64,000 bases of DNA from Bacteroidales bacterium (GTDB lineage Bacteria > Bacteroidota > Bacteroidia > Bacteroidales > FEN-979), in contig JALNZC010000002.1 in NCBI GenBank assembly GCA_023229525.1, forward strand, positions 33,090 through 97,089, written 5' to 3'. The position numbers and the translations under genes were made by a program. Every line of letters starts with the position of its first letter. Within the stretch, counting starts at the first letter, position 1. Shown here piece after piece: positions 1-8,761 of this stretch. The notes beneath the pieces are model-generated. The model was not told the DNA's origin, made no database searches, and saw only the letters and a program-made list of their open reading frames with translations.

Positions 1-2
1 TT

Positions 3-2183
3 AACCTGAATTGGACAGATGCAACCGGTGATCAGGTTCCCACAGCATATCTTGTTCTTGGAAGTTCTTCAGATAATATTGAACTGCCGGTTGACGGTAT
101 TCCCGTTTCGGATGATCCTGACCTCGCCGATGGTTACGGCGCTATAAACGTTCAGGCAGGGGTTCAATCGTGTCATTTTTCAAACCTGCCATCAAACGTT
201 CCTTATTATTTTAAAATTTTTCCCTATACCAACAGCGGAATTCTGATCAACTACAAGACGGACGGAACTCCCCCGGCCGCCACTGCCACGACCCCCAATG
301 CTTACATTATCAATTCGGAAAATTTCAATAGTGGCACATTTGGCACATGGACCCAAATGACAACGGCTGGCGACACTTCATGGATAATTGATATGACCCA
401 TGGTGTCGGAGGTACTCCATGTACCAAAGCAAGCGGCTATTTTAATTCCGCAAATCATCTTACTGAGATGTGGCTGATTTCTCCGGCGCTGAATTTAAAT
501 CATTATACCAATGGGATATTTAATTTTCAAACCGCAAAGAATTATACCGGTCCGATACTAGAAGTGCTTATTTCCAATGATTACAACGGAACAGGCACCC
601 CCGATGAGTTCACCTGGATTCCACTTTCAGCGACGCTTAGCCCCGGTGGCTGGGCATGGACTTCTTCGGGAAATATAGATATCTCCGCCTATTCAGGGCA
701 AAGCGTTTATCTTGCTTTTAAATTCAGCAGTACCGACACTGAATCGGCCACCTGGGAAGTTGATGATATCCTGGTCACTGCAGTTCCAACCTTCGATCTT
801 CCCATTGTAACAACGAACCCCATCTTTACCGATGTAACATATAATTCTGCCACCGGTGGAGGAAACGTTACCGATGATGGCGGCTCTACAATAATTGCCC
901 GCGGACTTTGTTATTCGACCACATCGAATCCTACAATCGGCGATCCTCATACTACTGAACCCGGTACACTTGGCGAATTTACGAGTACCATGACCGCATT
1001 GACCGCCCAAACCACCTATTTTGTAAAAGCTTATGCAACCACAACCATAGGTACCGGTTACGGAGAGGAGGCATCCTTTTCCACTCCCTGTGAACCCATC
1101 GCACCTGTTTCCGATTTTTTTGCCGATACGTTGTTTGTCAGGATCGGGGAAACAGTTACCTTCTCTGATGCCTCTACGAATTGTCCGACCTCATGGGACT
1201 GGACTTTTGCAGGAGGCAGCCCGGAAGCATTTTCCGGCCAGACCCCTCCACCTATACAATATAATATCCCGGGTGTTTACCAGGTTTGCCTGACGGCCAC
1301 CAACGATTACGGAAATTCAACAAATTGCAAGGATGCTTACATAACCGTGTTGGGACCAACCAATGCACATATCGTCATGACCGAGATCATGTACAATCCT
1401 CCGGAAAGCGGTTCTGATTCCCTCGAGTTTATCGAATTATATAATAACGACCAGGTATCCTGGAACCTTCAAAATTTCTATTTTGACAAAGGCGTTGTTT
1501 TTACTTTTCCGGATTACGCAATGACACCCGGTTCTTATGTTATTGTAGCAAAAAATTCTTCAGCTTTCCAAAACACGTTTCATGTCCCTTCGATACAATG
1601 GACGGAAGGAGCCCTGAGTAATTCAGGTGAACCGATCGTAATTAAAGATTATCTCGGTTATATTGTTGATTCCGTATATTACAGACCCGATTTGCCATGG
1701 GATACCTTAGCCAACGGATTCGGACCCTCACTGGAACTTTGTGATCCCAGTGCAGACAATACTGACCCGTTAAACTGGCGTCATGCCATTGAATTCCAAG
1801 CAATCAATGCGGCAGGAGACTCCATCTGGGCTTCTCCCGCGGCTGGCTGTTCTTACTTTCCGGTCGCTGATTTCTCTGCCAGTGAAACAACCATCGTAGA
1901 GCATGGTTATGTAACCTTTACGGATGCTTCTTCTTCAAACACAACAGGATGGGAGTGGACATTTGATGGAGGGACTCCTTCCTCATTTTCAGGGAAGTTT
2001 CCACCTCCGGTGCAGTACAATGTTCCGGGGCAATACACGGTTTGCCTTGTTGCCAGCAACAACATCGGAAATTCAACAAACTGTAAACAGGATTATATTA
2101 CCGTACTTAGCCCGACAAATGCAAATATTGTGATTACCGAAATCATGTATAACCCACCTGGGAATGATGCAGATTCGCTTTAA
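3..2183 (+). CDS. Large T9SS-cargo surface protein, cut at its 5' end by the window edge. Contains FN3-like, choice-of-anchor-J-like beta-sandwich, PKD and lamin-tail-domain (LTD) modules. Ends at an in-frame TAA (2181-2183) inside the second LTD.
   Basis: The frame is open from nt 3; NLNWTDATGDQVPTAYLV parallels LNWVDAVGAQLPTGYLV in the next gene. PKD-like FSDASTNCPTSWDWTFAGG is present. LTD signature ITEIMYNPP..SLEFIELYNND occurs twice. The frame continues at 2184. Confidence 0.75.
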   Translation, partial: NLNWTDATGDQVPTAYLVLGSSSDNIELPVDGIPVSDDPDLADGYGAINVQAGVQSCHFSNLPSNVPYYFKIFPYTNSGILINYKTDGTPPAATATTPNAYIINSENFNSGTFGTWTQMTTAGDTSWIIDMTHGVGGTPCTKASGYFNSANHLTEMWLISPALNLNHYTNGIFNFQTAKNYTGPILEVLISNDYNGTGTPDEFTWIPLSATLSPGGWAWTSSGNIDISAYSGQSVYLAFKFSSTDTESATWEVDDILVTAVPTFDLPIVTTNPIFTDVTYNSATGGGNVTDDGGSTIIARGLCYSTTSNPTIGDPHTTEPGTLGEFTSTMTALTAQTTYFVKAYATTTIGTGYGEEASFSTPCEPIAPVSDFFADTLFVRIGETVTFSDASTNCPTSWDWTFAGGSPEAFSGQTPPPIQYNIPGVYQVCLTATNDYGNSTNCKDAYITVLGPTNAHIVMTEIMYNPPESGSDSLEFIELYNNDQVSWNLQNFYFDKGVVFTFPDYAMTPGSYVIVAKNSSAFQNTFHVPSIQWTEGALSNSGEPIVIKDYLGYIVDSVYYRPDLPWDTLANGFGPSLELCDPSADNTDPLNWRHAIEFQAINAAGDSIWASPAAGCSYFPVADFSASETTIVEHGYVTFTDASSSNTTGWEWTFDGGTPSSFSGKFPPPVQYNVPGQYTVCLVASNNIGNSTNCKQDYITVLSPTNANIVITEIMYNPPGNDADSL

Positions 2184-2192
2184 TTCATTGAA

Positions 2193-3131
2193 TTGTATAA
2201 CAACGATATCGTCACATGGAATTTACAGAATTTCTATTTTGATAAAGGAGTTACTTATGCTTTCCCGGAGACTATACTGAGTCCGGGTGCATTTCTTATC
2301 GTTGCCAAGAATTCTGCCAGTATGCAAAATACCTTTAATATACCATCACAGCAATGGACCGAAGGTTCACTCGATCACCAGGGAGAACCGATCGTATTAA
2401 AGGATCATCTTGGATTTGTTATTGATTCGGTTTATTATCATCGGGAATTACCATGGGACACTTTAGCCAACGGACATGGACCTTCCCTTGAACTTTGTGA
2501 TCCGAATTCCGATAATACCGATCCGGCCAACTGGCGTCATGCCCTCGAGTTTCAGACGGTGAATGCCACAGGTGATTCAATCTGGGCCTCACCACTTGCC
2601 GGATGTTCCTATCCGCCGACAGCTAATTTCACTGCCGACAATACCGTTATTCATTTACATGATTATGTGACTTTTACGGATGAATCTTCGTCGAACACCA
2701 CAACATGGGAATGGATATTTGATGGTGGAACACCCTCCACTTTCTCCGGACAGAATCCACCACCTATCAAGTACAATGCCTTCGGTCTCTACGATGTTAC
2801 TTTAAGGGTTTCCAATATTGCAGGACATAATACATTGATAAAATCCAATTATATAGATGTCGGATGGGTAGGGATACCGAAAGCCGAAAACCCAGCAGGA
2901 TTCTCTGTTTACCCAAACCCATCTTCAGGAAAATTCAAGGTGGTTTTGAATGGAGAAAAATCCTGTATGATCCGGATTCTGGACCCAATTGGAAATATTA
3001 TCATGGAAAGATCAACCCGTACCGAAAATAATTACTTTGACCATTCTGGTTTGACACCCGGAATTTACATTGTACAAGTAACGGAAACGGAAACCAACCG
3101 GTCATCAAACCAAAAATTAGTCATTCAATAA
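2193..3131 (+). CDS. Continuation of the same surface-protein gene: rest of the LTD, a PKD domain and a T9SS C-terminal sorting domain.
   Basis: Same reading frame as 3-2183. FIELYNNDIVTWNLQNFYFDKG directly continues the LTD interrupted by the TAA. The only start offered by the ORF track is a TTG. C-terminus FSVYPNPSSGKFKV...GIYIVQV...KLVIQ matches the T9SS type-A CTD pattern. Confidence 0.7.
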   Translation: MYNNDIVTWNLQNFYFDKGVTYAFPETILSPGAFLIVAKNSASMQNTFNIPSQQWTEGSLDHQGEPIVLKDHLGFVIDSVYYHRELPWDTLANGHGPSLELCDPNSDNTDPANWRHALEFQTVNATGDSIWASPLAGCSYPPTANFTADNTVIHLHDYVTFTDESSSNTTTWEWIFDGGTPSTFSGQNPPPIKYNAFGLYDVTLRVSNIAGHNTLIKSNYIDVGWVGIPKAENPAGFSVYPNPSSGKFKVVLNGEKSCMIRILDPIGNIIMERSTRTENNYFDHSGLTPGIYIVQVTETETNRSSNQKLVIQ

Positions 3132-3147
3132 TCTTAATTTATTACTT

Positions 3148-5634
3148 ATGAAAAATCGTATTACAGCTTTTCTCTTGATGGTCCTGCTGTTCACCGGTTC
3201 AATAACATTTGGACAGGGACTTGAAAATTTCGCTAATTACCCAGAGACAGGAAATTCCTATCATGATGGAACCTTTACCGGCCAGGATGGTTCTATGTGG
3301 TCGTATTTCCAGTGCCGGGGCGATCGGCCCATCAACCCACCGACACCTTGTATCAGAAAGAACACAGCCACAGCAACTGGTTTGATCTATTCCGGTTCAA
3401 TACCCAACGGTTGCGGAATTCTCAGTTTTGATTATAAACAAGGATTTTCCTCTGCAGTTAACCTGAATGTTCTGATCAATGGCTTGGTAGTAGGAAATGT
3501 TATCAGTCCCGGAGGAAGCGGAGACACCAGCGTGGTCCATAACTCGGGTCCTATTACAGTGAACGTTTCCGGTGATTTCATCATCCGGTTCGAGCAGGTC
3601 GACCTCTCCTCAGGACAGGTAGCTATTGATAATATTACGTGGACTGCATACAACACAGCTCCGTTGCCGGAACCCACCAATTATCCGACGGCCTTTACCG
3701 CCACCCCTTTGCCCAATACCATCGCCCTGAATTGGGTGGATGCCGTGGGTGACCAATTACCGACTGCTTACCTTTTGTTGGCCAGTGAAAATGATAATAT
3801 TGACCTGCCTGTGGATGGCGTTCCTGTACCTGATGACCCAGATTTGACAGATGGTACTGCCGCCAAGAATATCCTTCCCGGTGTTCAGACCTATCAGTTC
3901 ACCAACTTACCCAACAATAAAGCGTATTTCTTTAAAATATTTCCATACACCAATACCGGGAGTAACATCAATTACAAAACAGATGGCGTGCCACCTGCTG
4001 CTACAGCCATAACGCCAAATTATTCAATTATCAACTCCGAGAATTTCAACAATGGTAATTTTGGTTCCTGGACCAAAATGACTGTAGTGGGTGATACTTC
4101 GTGGATTATTGATTTGACCCATGGAGTTGGGGGTACACCATGCGCCAAAGCAAGCGGATTTTTTGCCAGTTCCTCGCATGTTACTGAAATGTGGCTTCTC
4201 TCTCCGGCTATGAATTTCGATCAATATACCAGTGAATTATTGAGTTTTCAGACAGCAAAGAACTATACAGGTCCCGACCTTGAGGTAATGATATCCAGTA
4301 ATTATGACGGAACCGGCAACCCCAATAACTTTACATGGACACCGCTTACAGCTACACTTTCAGCCGGAGGATGGGTATGGACTCCTTCCGGGAGTATAGA
4401 TATATCAACCATTGGTGGCACACATGTTTATGTTGGTTTTAAATATACAAGCACAGCTACCGAATCATCCACTTGGGAATTGGATGATATTCTGATCCTG
4501 GGTATCTCCGGGATCGGCCCTTTACCTGAACCAACCAATTATCCGACAAGTTTTGCTGCAGTGCCTTCTCCCTTTACTGTTAAACTGAATTGGGTAGATG
4601 CTGTCGGGGCCCAACTTCCAACCGGCTATCTTGTCAGGGGAAGTTCTTCAGATAATATTGAACTGCCTGTGGATGGGGTGCCTGTTCCGGATGACCCTAA
4701 CCTGGCTGATGGTTCGGGTGCATTGAATACTCTTCAGGGTGTACAGACCTGTCAATTTAATAATTTGCTGGGTAACACGCCTTATTACTTTAAAATTTTT
4801 CCTTACACCAACACAGGAATTACTATCAATTATAAAACCGACGGAACACCACCCAGTGCAAATGCCACCACACCCAATATTTCTATCATCAACTCCGAGA
4901 ATTTCATTAACGGTAATTTTGGTACCTGGACTAAAATGACAGTTACAGGTGATACTTCGTGGATTATTGATCTGACCCATGGAGTTGGGGGAACCCCCTG
5001 CGCCAAAGCAAGCGGTTTTTTTGGCAGTTCCTCTCATATTACTGAAATGTGGCTTCTCTCTCCGGCGATGAATTTCGATCAATATACCCAAGAATCATTG
5101 AGTTTTCAGACCGCGAAGAACTATACCGGACCCAGCCTTGAGGTATTGATATCCAGTGATTATAATGGTTCAGGTAATCCGAATAGTTTCACCTGGACAT
5201 CACTTACGGGAACACTTTCGCCAGGGACCTGGACATGGACCCCGTCCGGAAGTATTGATATTTCAGCCATTGGAGGGACACATGTTTATGTTGGTTTTAA
5301 GTATACGAGTACCGCTACTGAATCAACCACCTGGGAAGTGGATGATATTCTAATCCTTGGTGTCTCATCGGTGGGCATCCCGGAAACAACAATGAATAAT
5401 GAATTCACTGTGCTTCCAAACCCTTCGGATGGTCAGTTCCGGATACTTTTCAATGATAATTCACTCAAAGAGATCCGGATTTATTCAATGATCGGAACCG
5501 AACTCTTTCATGCCAATACCAGTCAATCTGAATTCGGTGTGTACCTTCCGAACCTTTCCGCGGGGATTTATTTCATCCAGGCGAAGAAAACAGGATCGGA
5601 TAAACCGGAAGTGAAAAAGCTCATTATCCGTTAG
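3148..5634 (+). CDS. Secreted T9SS-cargo protein with an internal tandem duplication of an FN3-like plus choice-of-anchor-J-like module. Paralogous to the upstream gene.
   Basis: Signal peptide MKNRITAFLLMVLLFTGSITFGQ. Two near-identical blocks of about 280 aa (PLPEPTNYPT...WE.DDILILG). C-terminal FTVLPNPSDGQFRILF...GIYFIQAKK...KKLIIR is a T9SS CTD pattern. Confidence 0.85.
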   Translation: MKNRITAFLLMVLLFTGSITFGQGLENFANYPETGNSYHDGTFTGQDGSMWSYFQCRGDRPINPPTPCIRKNTATATGLIYSGSIPNGCGILSFDYKQGFSSAVNLNVLINGLVVGNVISPGGSGDTSVVHNSGPITVNVSGDFIIRFEQVDLSSGQVAIDNITWTAYNTAPLPEPTNYPTAFTATPLPNTIALNWVDAVGDQLPTAYLLLASENDNIDLPVDGVPVPDDPDLTDGTAAKNILPGVQTYQFTNLPNNKAYFFKIFPYTNTGSNINYKTDGVPPAATAITPNYSIINSENFNNGNFGSWTKMTVVGDTSWIIDLTHGVGGTPCAKASGFFASSSHVTEMWLLSPAMNFDQYTSELLSFQTAKNYTGPDLEVMISSNYDGTGNPNNFTWTPLTATLSAGGWVWTPSGSIDISTIGGTHVYVGFKYTSTATESSTWELDDILILGISGIGPLPEPTNYPTSFAAVPSPFTVKLNWVDAVGAQLPTGYLVRGSSSDNIELPVDGVPVPDDPNLADGSGALNTLQGVQTCQFNNLLGNTPYYFKIFPYTNTGITINYKTDGTPPSANATTPNISIINSENFINGNFGTWTKMTVTGDTSWIIDLTHGVGGTPCAKASGFFGSSSHITEMWLLSPAMNFDQYTQESLSFQTAKNYTGPSLEVLISSDYNGSGNPNSFTWTSLTGTLSPGTWTWTPSGSIDISAIGGTHVYVGFKYTSTATESTTWEVDDILILGVSSVGIPETTMNNEFTVLPNPSDGQFRILFNDNSLKEIRIYSMIGTELFHANTSQSEFGVYLPNLSAGIYFIQAKKTGSDKPEVKKLIIR

Positions 5635-5660
5635 CAATTAACCTGATCCGGAAAGAAAAA

Positions 5661-5691
5661 GGTTGTCTTCACAATAAGACAGCCTTTTTTT
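5661..5691 (+). terminator. Rho-independent terminator after the surface-protein gene pair.
   Basis: Stem GGTTGTCTT (5661-5669) pairs with AAGACAGCC (5676-5684), one G.U pair, 6-nt loop, followed by T7 (5685-5691). Confidence 0.7.
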
Positions 5692-5698
5692 ATCTTTG
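5691..5698 (+). promoter_or_regulatory. Bacteroidota sigma-A -7 box (TAnnTTTG).
   Basis: TATCTTTG lies 20 nt upstream of the ATG at 5718. Confidence 0.4.
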
Positions 5699-5717
5699 TC
5701 CGGTCAATTCTTGGGTA

Positions 5718-7289
5718 ATGCGGTTTTACGGATTTTTCCTTTTTATTTTGTTATTCTGGCCGATGACTCCGTCAATGGCTCAGCAATCACAGCGGGTCAA
5801 GGATGAGGATCAACCGTTACGCGTTGAAATTTCTGCCAAGTCCGATAATGAAACCTACCGGGTAATACCTTGTGACAGCAACGGTATGATCATGTTTTTC
5901 AGAAGCGTAGAAGTGGCTGCTGAAAACCAGGTCAAATGGTATTTTTCTTATTATGATAAAAATCTGACCCATTTATGGACAAAAAGCCTTCCCTTGTTGA
6001 ATGACCAGGATTACCGTATTCATCAACTGATCAGCGACACACTGGCTATATTATTTGTCCACACAGGGAAACCCCGTTCTGACGCTACTGATTTTAAGAT
6101 TCTACGTATATCACTCACAAAAGGAACCTTTATTCTTAACGATGGTAAACTTCCGGAAAACGGGGAGATCGCTGCATTCGGAATCCGGATGGATAATGCC
6201 TGGTTTGGGATCAACTTTAAGGTTAACGTGGGGCAAATCGGATATCTCCGGATGAGTACAGGTCTCCTTAAAACTTTTCCTTCAGGAATCGGAGCCCAGA
6301 TTAATATTCAATGGATCCGGCCCGATTCCCTTGGTGATCATGTTTCAGCCATAGTCAGTCGAAAAGTATCGAAGAAAACCACGGAATATTATCTTGTCAG
6401 GTACGATTCTACCGGTAAAATCCAACGCGAGATCCCCATCAATACAAACAATACCGGGCAGGAGCTCAACCATTTCCAATATATTGAAGAACAACCCGGA
6501 AGAGAGATGATCATGGGAAGTTATGGTCAGGAAACAGGTTCCGTTAACCAGAAGAACAGGGTAGCAGAAGAAATGACCGGGTTGTTTTCGGGTTCTGTTG
6601 TCAACAATTCTTTAAAAGCATTTTCATTTTACAATTTCCTGGAAATGAAAAATGTCAATGCATTGGTAGATGAAAGGGAAATGCTGAATCTCAGGAAAAA
6701 ATCATCAAAAAAAAATAAAGCATTAAATGAATTCTCTGTAGATTTTTCGCTACTGTTACATGAGATCATTACGTGGAAAAACCAGTACATTTTAATCAGT
6801 GAAATATATTCTCCACAGTACCATACAGAAAGTTTTACGGAATTTGATTATTACGGCCGGCCTTATTCAAACAACTATTCGGTTTTCGACGGTTACCGTT
6901 ATCTGAATGCTGTTGTAACCGCGTTTGATGAAGATGGAAAACTTTTATGGGATAATGTTCTTGAGATCCGTAATCTTGTTTCGTTCGATCTCAACACGAA
7001 AGTCTCGGCCTTTTTTAACGGGAACGACATAATGTTGTGCTATCTTAGTGACGGGAAAATCGGATCCAAAATCATTCATGAGGACAAGGTCATTGAAAAG
7101 CCCGTCTTTGCTTCACTTGAAATGCTTTACCCCGAAGATAAACTCCTCTCGGAATCAAAAGAGCGGATCCTCCCATGGTATGGTAACTATTTTATCGCTT
7201 ATGGATATCAGGAAATAAAAAACATTGCCTTATCCGGGAATAATAAGCGCATGGTGTTTTATTTCAGTAAAGTCAGATTCGACAAATAG
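5718..7289 (+). CDS. Hypothetical secreted protein with an N-terminal signal peptide; function unknown.
   Basis: 523-aa ORF with leader MRFYGFFLFILLFWPMTPSMAQQ. A promoter box lies upstream. I recognise no catalytic motif. Confidence 0.6.
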   Translation: MRFYGFFLFILLFWPMTPSMAQQSQRVKDEDQPLRVEISAKSDNETYRVIPCDSNGMIMFFRSVEVAAENQVKWYFSYYDKNLTHLWTKSLPLLNDQDYRIHQLISDTLAILFVHTGKPRSDATDFKILRISLTKGTFILNDGKLPENGEIAAFGIRMDNAWFGINFKVNVGQIGYLRMSTGLLKTFPSGIGAQINIQWIRPDSLGDHVSAIVSRKVSKKTTEYYLVRYDSTGKIQREIPINTNNTGQELNHFQYIEEQPGREMIMGSYGQETGSVNQKNRVAEEMTGLFSGSVVNNSLKAFSFYNFLEMKNVNALVDEREMLNLRKKSSKKNKALNEFSVDFSLLLHEIITWKNQYILISEIYSPQYHTESFTEFDYYGRPYSNNYSVFDGYRYLNAVVTAFDEDGKLLWDNVLEIRNLVSFDLNTKVSAFFNGNDIMLCYLSDGKIGSKIIHEDKVIEKPVFASLEMLYPEDKLLSESKERILPWYGNYFIAYGYQEIKNIALSGNNKRMVFYFSKVRFDK

Positions 7290-7295
7290 CGGAAA

Positions 7296-8576
7296 TTATC
7301 CCTCCATGTTGGCAATGATCTCTGAACCGAATTCAGAGCATTTGAGTTTTGTTGCTCCTTCCATCTGCCGTTCAAAATCGTATGTAACCCGTTTTTTCTG
7401 GATGGCTCCTTCCAGTCCTTTCAGAATGAGACCGGCGGCTTCGTTCCAACCTATGTATTCAAACATCATCATACCGGAAAGAATTAATGAACCTGGATTT
7501 ACCTGATCTTTCCCCGCATATTTGGGAGCAGTACCGTGTGTGGCTTCAAAAACAGCGTGTCCGGTGACATAGTTGATATTGGCTCCGGGTGCAATTCCAA
7601 TACCACCCACAATAGCAGCAAGTGCATCGGAAATATAATCGCCGTTCAGATTTAAAGTGGCAATGACTGAATATTCTGCTGGTCGTGTTAATATTTGTTG
7701 CAGAAAAGCGTCGGCAATGACATCCTTAATAATGATCCTTCCTTCAGTCATTGCCTCTTTTTGTGCCGTTTCGGCTGCAGTTTCTCCCGACTTTGCCTTG
7801 ATCGCATCAAACTGATTCCAGGTAAAAACCTGGTCGCCAAACTCCCGTTCCGCAAGTTCATATCCCCATTGTTTAAACTGTCCTTCGGTAAATTTCATGA
7901 TATTCCCTTTATGTACCAGGGTTACCGACGGTTTTTTATGGGTAATGGCAAAAAGGATTGCAGCCCTGACCAATCGTTCCGTACCCTCTTTTGAGACCGG
8001 TTTGATCCCAATGGAAGAGGTTTCCGGGAAGCGGATCTTTTTTACACCCATTTCCTGGATGAGGAAATGGATTATTTTTTTAGCTTCAGGAGTTCCTTGA
8101 AGCCATTCAATTCCGGCATAGATATCTTCAGAATTTTCACGGAAGATAACCATATCTGTCGTTTCGGGATGTTTCACCGGCGAAGGAACCCCGGTGAAGT
8201 ACCGAACGGGGCGAAGGCAGGTATAAAGGTCCAGATTCTGCCGTAAGGCCACATTAAGAGAGCGGATTCCTCCTCCAACCGGTGTAGTGAGCGGGCCCTT
8301 AATTGCCACAAGGTATTCACGGATGATATCGAGGGTTTCCACCGGTAACCATTCACCGGTTTGCTTAAACGCTTTTTCTCCTGCAAGTACCTCTTTCCAT
8401 TCAATTTTCCGGTTTCCGGAATAGGCTTTTTCAACTGCGGCATCAAAAACACGCACGCTTGCATTCCAGATATCCGGCCCGGTTCCGTCCCCTTCGATAA
8501 ATGGAATAACAGGGTGATCGGGAACGTTAAGTTTCCCATTTAATAATTTGATTTTTTCTCCATTCATAATTGTCAT
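7296..8576 (-). CDS. icd: NADP-dependent isocitrate dehydrogenase.
   Basis: [43 protein letters not shown] and [11 protein letters not shown] are hallmark prokaryotic IDH motifs. Length is 426 aa. Confidence 0.95.
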   Translation of the reverse strand: MTIMNGEKIKLLNGKLNVPDHPVIPFIEGDGTGPDIWNASVRVFDAAVEKAYSGNRKIEWKEVLAGEKAFKQTGEWLPVETLDIIREYLVAIKGPLTTPVGGGIRSLNVALRQNLDLYTCLRPVRYFTGVPSPVKHPETTDMVIFRENSEDIYAGIEWLQGTPEAKKIIHFLIQEMGVKKIRFPETSSIGIKPVSKEGTERLVRAAILFAITHKKPSVTLVHKGNIMKFTEGQFKQWGYELAEREFGDQVFTWNQFDAIKAKSGETAAETAQKEAMTEGRIIIKDVIADAFLQQILTRPAEYSVIATLNLNGDYISDALAAIVGGIGIAPGANINYVTGHAVFEATHGTAPKYAGKDQVNPGSLILSGMMMFEYIGWNEAAGLILKGLEGAIQKKRVTYDFERQMEGATKLKCSEFGSEIIANMEG

Positions 8577-8592
8577 ATTTTAAGTTGGGGTT

Positions 8593-8650
8593 AAAAACTA
8601 TAAACTCAAAAGTCAAAACTCAAAACTCAAAACTAAAACTTAAAGATTAA
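8593..8650. repeat. Tandem 7-nt repeat array (AAAACTC family).
   Basis: aaaactataaactcaaaagtcaaaactcaaaactcaaaactaaaactt, immediately upstream of the icd start. Confidence 0.8.
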
Positions 8651-8670
8651 AAATTATTTGTTACTTTATT

Positions 8671-8760
8671 TATCCATTCTCTATTATCCAGCATCCATTA
8701 TCCAGCATCTTGTATCCAGCATCTTGCATCCAGTATCTTGTATCCTGCATCTTGCATCTT
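8671..8760. repeat. Tandem 14-nt repeat array (TATCCAGCATCTTG, two 7-mers), about 6.4 copies.
   Basis: tatccattctctat / tatccagcatccat / tatccagcatcttg x2 / catccagtatcttg / tatcctgcatcttg / catctt. The array abuts the stop codon of the 1529-aa gene. Confidence 0.9.
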
Positions 8761-8761
8761 T

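Noticed and set aside
4648-5091. 147-aa minus-strand ORF, with similar ones at 693-1010, 3432-3680 and 4024-4224, inside the surface-protein genes.
   Set aside because: They are antisense to strongly supported CDSs with recognisable domains, and they repeat only because the sense DNA is repeated. They are shadow ORFs.
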